Shown: positions 24,975 through 37,439 of the stretch, piece by piece | Position numbering within the stretch: the first letter of the stretch is position 1 | Layout of the letters: every line of letters starts with the position of its first letter | Source of the DNA: Mobula hypostoma | Lineage: Eukaryota | Reading direction: 5' to 3' | DNA length: 64,000 bases | Assembly (NCBI RefSeq): GCF_963921235.1 | Contig: NC_086097.1 | Location: 244,096,001-244,160,000, forward strand | The notes under the pieces: generated by a model | Databases searched by the model: none | The model's input: only the letters and a program-made list of their open reading frames with translations | What the model was told of the DNA's origin: nothing | Made by a program: the position numbers and the translations under genes

Positions 24975-26020
24975 TCATTTACTGAGCCTACTCAGGGAAA
25001 GGCTATCTTGGATTGGGTGCTGTGTAATAATCCAGATCTTATTAGGGACCCTAATGTAAAGGAACCCTTAGGAGGCAGTGATCATAATATGGTTGAGTTC
25101 ATACTGCAATTTGAGAGAGAGAAGCACAACTCGCATGTATCTGTATCGCAATGGAATAAAGGGAATTGCAGAGGCATGAGAGAGGAGTTTTCCCAGGTGG
25201 ATTGGAAGGGGATACTGGCAGGGATGACGGCAGAGCAGAGGTGGTTGAAGTTTCTGGGAATAGTTCACAGGGTGCAGGATAGATATGTCCCACAGAGGAA
25301 GAAGTTCACATATGGCAGGGGTAGGCAACCATGGCTGACAAGGGAAACTAAGTTCTGCATAAAAAACAAGGAAAGGGTAGTAAAAGGGAGTAGAGTGGGA
25401 AGATGGATGATTGGGAAGCTTTTAAAATCTTACAAAAGGCAATTAAAAAAGCAATAAGAAAGGAAAAGATGAAAAATGAGGGCAAACTAGCCAATAATAT
25501 AAATCAGGATACCAAAAGTTTTTTCAGTTACATAAAGAGTAAAAGGGAGGTGAGAGTTGATATTGTACTACTGGAAAATGACGTGACATAGCATGCATGA
25601 CAGCATGCTGACTATCCCTAGCCAGTCCATGTCTATCTAAATATTCATATATCCAGTCCCTTAGAATACCTTCCAATAACTTTCCCACTACTGATGTCAG
25701 GCCCACTGGCCTATAATTTCCTGGTTTACTTTTAGAGCCTTTCTTAATCAGTGGAACAACATTAACTATCCTCCAATCCGCCGGTACCTCACCTGTCGCT
25801 AGGGATGGTTTAAGTCCCCTGAAATTTCTGCACTTGCCTTTCACAGGGTCTGAGGGAATACCCTTGTCAGACCCTGGGGATTTACCTTAACTTGCCTCAG
25901 GACAGTAAACACCTCCTCCTCTATAATTGGTATTGAGTCCTCGAAGTCAATACTGCTTTGCCTCACTTCTACAGACTCTGTGCCCGTCTCCTGAGTAAAT
26001 ACAGATACAAAATATTCATT
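24975..26020. mobile_element. CR1 ORF2 fragments (+ 24975-25588; - 25590-26020)
   Basis: ILDWVLCN...GSDHNMVEF and GNYRPVGLTSVVGKLLE. Confidence 0.8.
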
Positions 26021-26644
26021 TAAAATCTCACACGGTGAGCGTCTTTAATGATAGATGCCATCTTCTTGAGGCATTGTCTTTTGAAGAGGACATTGAAGGT
26101 GGGGATGGCTGTGTATGTTATCCCATTCGTTAGGCCTGGCATTACTTTTTGGCATTGCAAGGCAGTGGGTTGTTTTTCCCTTATGGTAGTCATGAGAACC
26201 ACACTCCTGAGGAACAGACATGGGAATGAAGGGGAATCATTAGATGGTAATAATTATAAATGTCTATTCCTAGGGAGGTATCATTCAGTTTTGACTGTTA
26301 AAACAATGAATTTGTAATTATCCATGTGACACCTTTACAGCATTCTATTTGGCATCTAATAACTCTTGCTGAGGTGTTAAGAGCCCTGCTGTTAATCATC
26401 ACACTGCCACAATTGTCCCTCAGAGTGTGCCATGTCATAATTCTTTTCACTAAATGTGTTAGGCGCCAATGACAAATCTCATATCTGATATTGCCCATGT
26501 CTGTACCTTCCCTCTGCAATTATGTCGGTGGCTTCTATTCATTGGACATCTACCTAGCTTTTCTCTATCAATGTGCCTTTGATACATTAGGTTCACACCT
26601 CTTTCTTCAGTCCCTTCCACTTGTCTTTTTGTTGGCTAGTACTT

Positions 26645-27320
26645 AATTCAAGATTCAAAAAGTTCAAAAGTAAATTTATTATTCAAATACATGTATGTCG
26701 CCATATACAACCCTGATATTCATTTTATTGTGGGCATACTCAATAAATCCATAATAGAATAATAACCATAATAGAATCAATGAAAGACTGTACTAACTTG
26801 GGTGTTCAATCAGTGTGCAAAAGACAACAAACTGTGCAAATAAAACAAGAAAGAAATCACAATAATAAATAAATGAGCAATAAATATCGAGAACATGAGA
26901 TGAAGGGTCCTTGAAAGTGAGCCCATTGGTTGCTGGAACATCTCAGTGATTGGGCGAGTGAACTTGAGTGAAATTATCCCCCTTGGTTCAAGAGCCTGAT
27001 GGTTGAGGTGTAGTACCTGTTCCTGAACCTGGTGGTGTGAGTCACGAGGCTCCTGTACCTTCTTCCTGATGGCAGCAGCAAGAAGAGAGCACGTTCTGGG
27101 CGGTACGGTCCCTGATGATGGAAGCTGCTTTCCTGCAAAAACACCCCATATAGATGTGTTCTGTAGAGAGGAAGGATTTACCCATATCCACAACTTTTGT
27201 AGGATTTTCCATCTAAGGGCATTAGTGTTTCCATACCAGGCTGTGATGCAGCCAGTCAATACACTCTCCACCACACATCAATAGAAGTTTGTCAAAGTTT
27301 TTAATGTCATGTTGAACTTA
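26645..27320 (-). mobile_element. Rex1/Babar LINE 3' fragment
   Basis: VESVLTGCITAWYGN and a (TTTGAA)-type tail. Confidence 0.8.
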
Positions 27321-27356
27321 CGTTAAGTAAAAATGCAATAGAAATGTTAAACAGCA

Positions 27357-27665
27357 CCCGTTAGTCTTGCGAGACCATGGATCTGTGCCTGGAAAGTCTT
27401 CACTCTCCAGGGCGCAGGCCTGGGCAAGGTTGTATGGAAGACCAGCAGTTGCCCATGCTGCAAGTCTCCCCTCTCCACGACACCAATGTTGTCCAAGGGA
27501 AGGGCATTAGGACCCATACAGCTTGGCACCAGTGTCGTCGCAGAGCAATGTGTGATTAAGTACCTTGCTCAAGGACACAACACATGTTGCCTCGGCTGGG
27601 GCTCAAACTCACAACCTTCAGGTCGCTAGTCCAATGCCTTAACCACTTGGCCACGTGCCCACACT
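27357..27665 (-). mobile_element. Composite SINE: tRNA head, CORE-like domain and RTE-type 3' module
   Basis: Minus-strand head gtggccaagtggttaaggcattggactagcgacctgaaggttgtgagtttgagcccc, then tgtgtccttgagcaaggtacttaa. Flanked by the direct repeat aacagca (27350-27356 and 27668-27674). Confidence 0.8.
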
Positions 27666-28249
27666 TTAACAGCAATCCATATGGTTAATAAATCATATGA
27701 TATAGAGGAGGCCTGGTACTGCAGTCATCATTGGATTTCTCCCTTAAAGTAGTAAACTAAAATAAACTGCACTAAAAGCACAACTAATATGACAGTTACA
27801 ATGAGATGTAATAAGATTACGATAAGATCCTAAGCCAGGTGAGTATCTGTGAGGCCACACTCTGGTTAATCTCCTCTGCATTCTATCCAGCACCTTCACT
27901 CACTCAGGTGTAATACCCCAACCATCCCTGCACTACATCTGTTCAATGGTCTTTCCTGCTGTCCTTGTTCTGATGATAATTATTGAGTCTGTTCACATGT
28001 TCACATTTATTTAAGTATGATTATGGACGTTTGCACATGTGACCGGTCTGTTAGCTGTTGAATGCTCATGGCTGTTTCCACTATTGCCTTGTAAATTGTT
28101 GGTTACCATTCTGTTGTCTGTTATGGTATTGTCCTGTGTTTTATGCTTGGCACCAAACCATTATCAGTTCTGGTACGTTTCACATATTGGCAATAAAGTG
28201 ATTTGGATTCTTATCTTCTTTATTGGGTGACAACTTGAACCCCCTAAAA

Positions 28250-29380
28250 CATCTTGGGTTGTTTTCTCTGGAGCAGCGGAAGCTGGGGGGAGATCGGAAA
28301 GAGGTTTATAAGATTATGAGAGGCATAGATAGAGTGGACAGGGAGCACCTCTTTCCCAGGGTTGAAATGTCTAATACCAGAGAGAGAGAGGTGAGAGGGG
28401 TAATTTCAGAGGTGTGAAGGGCAAGTTTTTTACACAGAGAGCGACAGATACCTGGAGTGTGCTGCCTGGTGTGGTGGTGGTGTAGTCAAATACAATTGAG
28501 ACTTTTAAAAGACGTTTAGACCATAAGACATAAGAGCAAAATTAGGCCATTATCCATCGAGTCTGCTCCGCCGTTCCATCATGGCATGTCCTTTTTTCCG
28601 TTTAGATTAGCACATGAATGTGAGGAAAATGAAAGGATATGGACATTGTGTACACAGAAGATATTAGTTTAGTTAGCAATTTGAATACTAATTTACATGG
28701 TTCAGCACAATATTGTGGGCTGTTTTGTTCTATGTTCTATGTTCTAAGTGTTGTCTAACCAATGTTTTATAAAGTTGCAACCAAGCATCTGATCTCTTAT
28801 ATTTTGTGGCCTAACCTATGAAGACAAGCATGGCATATTAGACCTTAAGAGCATAAGGGATAGGAGCAGAATTAGCCATTCAGCCCCTCAAGCTTTCTCC
28901 AAGATTTCATCATGGCTGATCCATTTCCCTCTGAACCTCAGCCTCCTGCCTTCCCCCTGTAACCTTACACGCTCTGAATAGCCAAGAACCTATCAACCTT
29001 TGTCTTGCATACACCCAGTGACCAGGCCTCAACAGCCACTTGTGACAACGAATTCCACAGAGTTCCCACTGTCTGGTAAAGAAATTCCTCCTTATCTCCA
29101 TTCTAAATGAATGTCCCTCTGTTCTGAGGCTGTGCCCTCTGGTCTTAGACTCCCCCACCATAGGAAACATCCTTGCCAGATCAACTCTATTGAGCCTTTC
29201 AACAGTCAATAGGTTTCAAAGAGAACTCCCAGACCCAGAACTATCAATTGCTCCTCATACAATAAGCCTTTCATTTCCAGAATCATTCTCGTAAACCTCC
29301 TCTGGACCCTCTCCAATGTCAGCACATCGTTTTCTAAATAAGGGGCCCAAAACTATTCACAATACTCCAAGAGAGATCTC
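28250..29380. mobile_element. CR1 3' fragments (+ 28250-28745; - 28850-29380)
   Basis: LGLFSLEQRKLGGD and ESKTRGHSLR. Confidence 0.8.
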
Positions 29381-29734
29381 ACCGGCATTTTAACCCAGGG
29401 TCCATGGACCCATAAATTAATGTGACGGGCCCATGGCATAAAAAAGGTTGAGGACCCTGCTTTAATGGCAGGTGCTGCTAATTTATAATGTTACTAATTT
29501 TCTTTTTTTTAGCTGCTTCCTTCTCCTTCAAATCTGCCATCATCGTTTCTCTCCTCAAGGGAAACAGCCTTGCCTGCCTTTGTAAAATACATCAAATAGC
29601 CAACTTTCCTTTCCTCACCAAAGTTCTCAAGCAGATTATCATCCTGAGCCCATCTCCCGACCCCCCCCCCACTTCCCAATTCCATATTTCATTCACTCCA
29701 GTCAGGATTTACCTCAGACACCGGGATAAAACAG

Positions 29735-30315
29735 TTACTGAGGCTTCAATCGATCAGGGTGGACCATGGATGTGTCCTAGCTTTGTAGATATGCAGCCGG
29801 GGCAGTACAATATGGAGAGCAAGCTGTTGCCAAAGTAGCAAGCTCTCCCTCTCCATACATCCGATGAACCCAAAGGAACAGCAGACACTGGTACAATTTG
29901 GCACCAGCAACATCACGGGAGTTTCCAGTCAGCATTGAACTCAATGTAGGACTGCCTTAGGGACCCAGCTCTGGATTTTTCCTCATGATTTACCCCGGAA
30001 GCCTTTCCATGAGTGGGTCGAGCCACAGGGCACTGGAGATTTGAGATTGGAGTGTTCCTTCACCTAGTTGAGCTGCCAACCATGGTTCATGAGCCCCATC
30101 TGCCTGAAGCAACTGGTTTTAAGGTGTCAGTAACCCACCTTTGTCCCTTCGCCTGTCAGTAGAAATGGTTCCGCCAGGCTTAGCCACATGTGAAGGCCAG
30201 GAGTTGGACTTGGATGTCAGAAACCTTTTGAGGCGCACGCCTATGGGAGTCTTTAATAGGTAGTGGGAGCTTATCCTCACAACCCCTTCCCACTCCCTAC
30301 TATGACAACCTTAAA
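29735..30315 (-). mobile_element. RTE-related SINE-like repeat (family C), second copy
   Basis: Aligns with 16950-17453. Confidence 0.7.
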
Positions 30316-30732
30316 ACAATTGCTATCACAGAATAGAATAAGAACAGAAAATGCTGGAGATCTCAATAGATCAGGTAGTCTCTATGGAGGGAGAAAGTGT
30401 TAATTTTTCAGATGTACACTTTTAATCTTGGCCTGTTCATTGGCCTGTAATATTAATTGTTGTTTCTCTCTCTACAGATGTTGCCTGGCCTGCTGAATAC
30501 TTACACACATTTTCAGGTTTTTTTTTCGTCTAGATTGGTGTTCTTACCAAATCATTTTGCCTCCAGTTCTTTGCCCCTCTCCTACTTTTCATCTGCATAC
30601 TGCCCCTCAACTTCATCTCAAATCACATCATTTCCCACGTGAAAAAAACACAAGCCATTCAGTTCAACCTGACCACCACTCTCCTGATCTCCACCTAGTT
30701 TCCAATTTGGACAGAAGCCTCCTTCTCCTATA

Positions 30733-31478
30733 CTTATTTATATTTGTATTTATTGAGATACAGCCTGGAATAGGTCCTTCCGACCCTTTGAGCTGCGCCC
30801 CCGATTTAATCCTAATCACAGGACAATTTAAAATGACCAATTAACCCATTACTTTGGTCTGTGGGAGGAAACCGGAGCACCCAGATGAAACCCACGCCGT
30901 CACAGGGAGAACATACACGTACAAGCTCTTTAATACAGTGGTGGGAATTTAACCCGTGTTATCGATACTATGAAGTGTTGTGCTAACCACTATGCCACCC
31001 CAGTATATCAACGGGAAGACAAAAACTATTAACCAAGGAGTTCATTAGCCAGTGATTTTAGTTACTCCTTTCTCTGGCAGCTGTCTAAAGTCAGTCAAAT
31101 CATTTAAAAATAAGATTATTGATTTTGAGTTTTGTTCTGACTCGGTTCATCTGCTGCCTGGAGTACCCAGTCATCTGGATTTTTGTTGCCTTTTAAACTA
31201 ACACGGTAGCATAGCCATTAGCGTGACACTATTACAACTCAGGGAGTTCAGAGTTCAATTCTGGAGTCAGCTGTAAGGAGCATGTACGACCTCCCTGTGA
31301 AATGCATGGGTTTTTGTCAGGCACTCTGATTTCCTCCCAGAGTCCAAAGACGTACCGGTGAGTAGGTTAATTGGTCATTGTAAATTGTCCTGGGATTAGG
31401 CTGGGGTTAAATTGGGGGTTGCTGGGCAGAGCAGCTCGAAGAGCCAGAATGTCCTATTCCACGCTCTATCTTAATAAT
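30733..31478. mobile_element. Head-to-head pair of V-domain SINEs (- 30733-31000; + 31200-31478)
   Basis: V core present in both, with tRNA-like heads facing each other. Confidence 0.78.
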
Positions 31479-31484
31479 ATTTTT

Positions 31485-31875
31485 AACTGCCCATTTTGCT
31501 GCTTCTGTTTAGGGCAGCAATGAAGGTCCTCCATCTCTAGCTGAGTTCAGGGTTTCCTTCATCGTGCCAGTAGTTTCCTCTTGGTTTTCATTACTGTCAG
31601 TCATGCAAGTCCCGGGTGGAGACTCAGGAATACCATCACACTCAGATGTAGAAGGATTCTTCATTGTTGCTTCTGTAGCAGTTTTGTTTGACCAGTTAGG
31701 GTTGTTAGCCCTGAGCTGAACCCCCAAACCTGGAGGATTGGTGGACCACTCTTAATCTGGCCTCTACCTTTTGACTTGTTTGGCATAAAGCTTTGACTCC
31801 AACCAGCATAGCTCTCTGGGTCATTGAGGCACATAGGGCCTCCAAACTCGACAATATGTCTGTGGTCCTCTAGAG
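31485..31875 (-). mobile_element. Bipartite RTE-derived SINE (family D)
   Basis: Aligns with 21575-22066 and 50843-51184. Confidence 0.72.
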
Positions 31876-32038
31876 CATCTCAATAAATAAATAAATTTCA
31901 ATGATCTTTAACCTGTCCCCCACACTTCATAACCCGGAGTTCACTCTAAGCAACGATGCCCATATCAAAACACAGGTCAAATCATGTTCTCCAATAAACT
32001 TTATTGCTCACTGACTGACTTGCATTCTGATAAAAGTA

Positions 32039-32556
32039 CACTCAGTGGCCACTTTGTTAGGTACACCTGTACACCTGCTCATTAATGCAAATATCTGATC
32101 AGCCAATCATGTGGCAGCAACTCAATGCATAAAAGCATGCCGACATGGTCAAGAGGTTCAGTTGTTCAGACCAGGCATCAGAATGGGGAGTAAATGTGAC
32201 CCGAGTGACTTTGACCATGGAATGATTGTTGGTTCCAGATGGGATGGTTGAGAATCTCAGAAACTGCTGATCTCTGGATGTTGTCATGTACAACAGTCTA
32301 GAGTTTACGGGAGGCTAGAGTTTACAGAAAGTGGTGTGAAGAACAAAAACCCTTGTTAACAAGAGAGGTCAGAGGAGAATAGCCAGACTGCTTTAAGCTG
32401 ACAGGAAGGCAACAGTAACTCAAAAAACCACACATTATAACAATAGTGTGCAGAAGAGCATCTCTGAATACACAACACATCGAACCTTGAAATGGATGGG
32501 CTACAGCAGCAGAAAACCACAGATCAGTGGCCACTTTATTAGATACAGGAGGTACC
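32039..32556 (+). mobile_element. Non-autonomous Tc1/mariner (family B) with transposase N-terminus remnant
   Basis: TA followed by the TIR cactcagtggccactttgttaggtacacc. The ATG at 32183 gives MGSKCDPSDFDHGMIVGSR..., a Tc1 HTH start. The TIR motif recurs at 32524-32545. Confidence 0.8.
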
Positions 32557-33000
32557 AATTTTAAAAAGTCTCATCCTTTTTTTGAATCCCTTCTTGTCCT
32601 TTCATCTCCAGTCCTTTGGGATGTCAAAGCCTTCATGTTCACGAAAGCTTGTGTTTGTTTTCATTTCCATTTTCACTATCTCCTGTCAGAGGTCTAAGAT
32701 ATACAGGTTACTCAACGTTCCCATACCAGCCTGTAGTTGTTACATTATTTGCTCAGCTTTTGGTCATCTTTCTATATAGTGCTTGACATGGATTGGTCAG
32801 ATTATGTCCAATCACTGACATGAAGGTCCTTGGAATGTTTTACTTTATTAAGGAAGACGTGTGATGAGGTTGTTGAGAAAGGATTGGTGATGCTGCCAGA
32901 CCTGCTGAATTCCTCCAGTATTTTGTGTGTGCTTACTCTGAATTTCCAAACATCTGAAGTATCTCTTGTTTTTAAGGAAGAATGTTCTGACCATATGAAG

Positions 33001-33079
33001 CAGTGGTTCCCAACCTTGGCTCCACAGACCCTTCAGTTAATGGTAGGGGTCCATGGCATAAAAGGGTTTGGAACCCCTG
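33001..33079. mobile_element. ~79-bp hAT-type MITE
   Basis: Termini cagtggttcccaacc and ggtttggaacccctg. Related copy at ~29385-29459. Confidence 0.65.
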
Positions 33080-33228
33080 CTATAGAGCAATATTTGTGCG
33101 CCAACATAGAGATTATCTTTTCATGGACAGAGCTGAAAGCTGAGTATGTGCATCTGAGAGAAATTGGCAAAAATATAAGATTAACAAGTCCTTTCAAGTA
33201 CTTTATTGAAACCTTAGCCCAGCTATTA

Positions 33229-33599
33229 GGTGGCGGGGTGTAGATACATCTCTACCAAAGAGATGTAAGGTGTTCCTTCCACCTGCTGGCCTGCAGGTCA
33301 CCCTTGGGCAAGGTGTAGCACCTGCTTAGCATCCCCACACCCCCAACCAGGGTCACATAAAGCCACAAGAACAGGTGGTGGACGGTCATATGAGCAGCTG
33401 GTGCATATCCCAAGTCCTGGTTATACGATCACTGCAGCCATGCGAACAAGCTCTGAAGAGTATTGATAATGGCTGGGGTCACCCATCTTGTAAAGACACT
33501 ACCTAGAAGAAAGCAATGGCAAACCACTTTTGTAGAAAAAATTGGCAAGAACACGATGGCCCATGTTATATGGCACAACACATAATGATAATGATGATG
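33229..33599 (+). mobile_element. Bipartite RTE-derived SINE (family E)
   Basis: BovB-like motif gaagaa.gcaatggcaaaccact and a (TGA)n tail. Copies at 35208-35589, 53439-53790 and 58930-59226. Confidence 0.75.
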
Positions 33600-34102
33600 C
33601 ACACAGCCTTGAAGGAAAACAGTGTATCTTTAGTGAAAGCTCAACTTCTGCACACACTTTTCTTTTAATTTGATATCATTCTTCTAGATTATAATATCTG
33701 AACATTAATTTTGATGTTATTGTCATCGGATTTACTTAAGCAAAGTGGTAGAGTCTTAAACAATCTTTGCATGTATTATAATTCACATTGAGGCATATTT
33801 AGTAAAGAGAACTGGGTAATTTAGTACTAGTTCCTCTATCACTGATGTGAAGGGGTGATTGCTTACTCTTAATTTAAGAGATTAACTTTATTTATCACAT
33901 TGAAACATACAGTGAAATGTGTTGTTTGCACTAACAACCAACACAGTCTGAGAATCGTGCTTGGGGGCAGCCTGCAAGTGTTGCCATGCTTCCGGTGCTA
34001 AAATAGCATTCCCACAATTTGCTAACCCTAATCTGTCATTTTCGGAATGTGGGAGGAAACCGGAGCACTCAGAGAAACCCACGTCGTCATTGGGAGAACA
34101 TA

Positions 34103-34802
34103 CAATACTGTGTAAAAGACTTCGGTACCCTAGATTTTTTGTATTAATTTTGTTTGAGATGTTTATTTTTTGTGTTCTGCAATAGTGTGGCAGTTGAAAA
34201 GAGCAAATTTTAGATTTCCAGTCATTAACTTTCCACAGATTTTTATGTTACAGAGAAATTTTTATATTACATTAAAGAAAGTAACATATTAAGTAATAGA
34301 CCATTTTACAAATAAAAAACTTGATTACTTTGTGGGTATATAGCCTAGTGCATGATTAAACAAAGATAACAAACACGTGCTAATGATCAATGACAGAATG
34401 AGTTGAATGAACTAAACTGATTAATTGGAACAGAAATGGGTGTAGAAGGAATCAAACTGGGCGAAGGGCAACCAAGTGAAAAGGTAAGGAGGTGACAGTT
34501 TAACCTTCAAATCATCAATTCCTGCATCATGGCAAGAGTGAGCACAGCAACAAGACACAAGGCAGTCATCCTCCATCAGCGAGGTCTCTCCCAAGGAGAA
34601 ATTTCATGGCAGACAGGAGCTTCAAGAGTGTTGTCCAAGCAGTTTAAAGTCACACCAAATATTGATTTGATTTAATTTTTTACTGTTTGCTGCTCTTTCT
34701 AGTAAATTACTTGATACCTATGAAATTTGCAGTTCATAATTTTTGAAAGCATCTTCACTTTACTGAACTTTTTTGCGTGTGCCTGACTTTTGCCCAGTAC
34801 AA
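34103..34802 (+). mobile_element. Internally deleted Tc1 transposon (family A parent), inserted at TA within a SINE
   Basis: TIRs match MITE family A. The ATG at 34529 gives MARVSTATRHKAVILHQRGLSQGEISWQTG (HTH), fused to the Tc1-type C-terminus HTKY* ending at 34665. Confidence 0.85.
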
Positions 34803-35094
34803 TAGACACTCCTTATAGAGAGTGAATTGGCCTTTAATCGCTGGCACTGAAAGTGGTATGCTAACAATTTCCCCGTGCGTGACCTGGGGAACCTGAGAGG
34901 AGTCAGATTAGGAGCAATCATCTTCACAAGCCTTACTGGCACACACTTGCATGCTCCGTTACTCCGTAACTTTGGGAATGAAAGGTAACAAGGGGGATAA
35001 TGAGGAATACCCAGAACATCTGAGGGAAAGCACTAATTTAAAGTTTATTGACAGTATGTATATTTATATTGACTCAATTTTTATCATTTTACAG

Positions 35095-35154
35095 GGACAG
35101 AGTGATGCTTTTAAAAATGGAACAGGAACTAATAGATTTTATCAGTGATAACAA
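35095..35154 (+). CDS. ARPP21: ARPP21 coding exon, N-terminal part of R3H domain (DRVMLLKMEQELIDFISDN), 60 nt, phase 2/2
   Basis: Acceptor catttttacag-like (ttatcattttacag) and donor caa|gtaaga. Phases match both neighbouring exons. Confidence 0.95.
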
Positions 35155-35207
35155 GTAAGAGATTATATTAATATCTATTGTTTTAAACTTGTTATAAAGT
35201 TGCAGAT

Positions 35208-35589
35208 GGGTGGAGGGGTGGAGATATGTCTCTACCAAAGGAGGTGTAAGGCTCTCCTTTCCTCCACTAGCCTGCAGGTCACCCTTTGGCAAGGTGTAGC
35301 ACCTGCTTAGCCTCCCCACACCCCAAATCAGGGTCACGTGAAGCTATGGGAACGGGTGGTGGATGGTTGTGCGAGCAGCTGGTGCATATCACAAGTCCTG
35401 GTTATGCGACCACTGACACCAGACAGACAATCTCTGAAGAGTACTGATAACTTGTAAAGACACTGACCAGAAGAAGGCAACAGCAAACCACTTCTGTAGA
35501 AAAATTGGCCTAGGACAATCATGGTCATGGACAGATGGAAGACCATGGTCAGCCACATCATATGACACGGCACATAATGATAATGATGA
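35208..35589 (+). mobile_element. Bipartite RTE-derived SINE (family E)
   Basis: Aligns with 33229-33599 and lies about 55 nt after the exon donor. Confidence 0.75.
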
Positions 35590-35656
35590 AAGCAGTAGAG
35601 TCATTAAGCTCAGGAATAGGCCCTTCAGCGTGTCTTCTCTGTGCCAACTAACACCA

Positions 35657-37375
35657 TTAATGGGTAGTAATGGGGACAATGAAATGATGGATGATCTCAA
35701 TAAGTATTTTGCATCAGTCTTCACTGTGGAGGACACTAACAGTATGGTGGAAGTTCCAGGTATCAGGGGGGCAAGAAATGTGTGAAGTTACCATAACTAC
35801 AGAGAAGGTTTTTTGGGAAGCTGAAACGTCTAAAGGTAGATAAGTCACCTGGACCAGATGGTGTACACCCCAGAGTTTTAAAAAAGATGGCTGAAGACCT
35901 CATGGAGGTATTAATAATGATCTTTCAAGAATCATTAGATTCTGGAATGGTTCCGGAAGACTGGAAAATTGCAAGTATCACTCCACTCTTCAAGAAGGGA
36001 GAAAGGCAGAAGACAGGAAACTATAGACCAGTTAATCTGACTTCAGTGATTGGGAAGATGTTGGAGTTTATTATTAAGGATGAGGTCTCAGGGTACTTGG
36101 AGGCACATGATAAAAATAGGCCATAGTCAGCATGGTTTCCTCAAGGGAAAATCTTGCCTGGCAAATCTGTTGGAATTACTCGAAGAAATAACAAGTAGGA
36201 TAGACAAAGGGGAATGGGTTGATGTTGTGTACTTGGATTTTCAGAAGGCCCTTGACAAGGTGCCACATGTGAGGTTGCTTAACAAGCTACAAGCCCGTGG
36301 TATTATAGAAAAGATTCTAGCATGGATAAAGCAGAGGCTGATTGGCAGAAGGCAAACAGTGAGAATAAAGGGAGCCTTTTCTGGTTGGCTGCCAGTGAAT
36401 AGTGGTGTTCCACAGGGGTCTGTGTTGGGACCAATTCTTTTTACGTTATATATCGATGATTTTGATGATGGAATTGATGGCTTTGTTGCAAATTTTGCAG
36501 ATGATATGCAGATTGGTGGGGGGGCTGGTAATTCTGAGGAAGTAGAGAGGCTACAGAAATGGCAAATAGAACACAGTGTCGTGAACTGTATGGTCATGCA
36601 CTTCGGTCAAAAAATAAAGGGGTTGACTATTTTCTAAATGGAGAGAAAAGACAAAAAACTGAGAGGCAAAGGGATTTGGGAATCCTTGTGCAGGATTTCC
36701 TGAAGGTTAATGTGCAGGTTGAGTCTGTGTTGAGGAAGGCAAATGCAATGTTAGCATTCATTTCAAGAGGACTAGAATATAAAAGCAAGGATGTAAAGTT
36801 GAAACTTTATAAAGCACTGGTGAGGCCTCACTTGGAGTATTGTGAGTTTATCTTATCTTAGAAAGGACATACTGAAACTGGAGAGGGTTCAGAGGAGGTT
36901 CAGGAAAATGATTCCAGAATTGAATGGCTTGTCATATGAAGAGCGTTTGATAGCTCTGGGTCTATAGTCACTGGAATTCAGAAGAATGATGGGTGACCTC
37001 ATTGAAACCTATCAAATGGTGAAAGGACTTGATAGGATGGAAGTGGAGAGGATGTTTCTTATGGTGGGAGAGTCTAAGACCAGGGGACACAGTCTCAGAA
37101 TAGAGGTATCCTCTTAGAATGAGATGAGGAGGAATTTCTTTAGTCAGAGAGTGGTGAATCTGTGGAATTCTTTACCACAGGCAGCTGTGGAGGCCAAGCC
37201 TTTATGTATATTTAAGGCAGGGTTTGCAAAATTCTTGATTGCTTAAGGCATAAAGGGATACGGGGAGAAGGCAAGAGATTGGGACTGAGGGGAAAATTGG
37301 ATTAGCCATGATGAAATAGTAGAGCAGATTCGATGGGCCAAATGACCTTTTTCTGCTCCTATATCTTGTGGTTTT
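35657..37375 (+). mobile_element. CR1 LINE, RT domain through 3' UTR, frameshifted
   Basis: NYRPVNLTS, QHGFLKGKSC, YLDFQKALDKV, GVPQGSVLGP and FADD. Confidence 0.92.
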
Positions 37376-37439
37376 ATTTTCTGGCATTTGATCAGTACTT
37401 GTTTATGTGTTGGTGATTCAAGATACTTCATTGTCATGA

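Noticed and set aside
27585..27662. tRNA-like sequence on the minus strand
   Set aside because: It is a SINE head followed by CORE-like and LINE-derived modules, not a tRNA gene.
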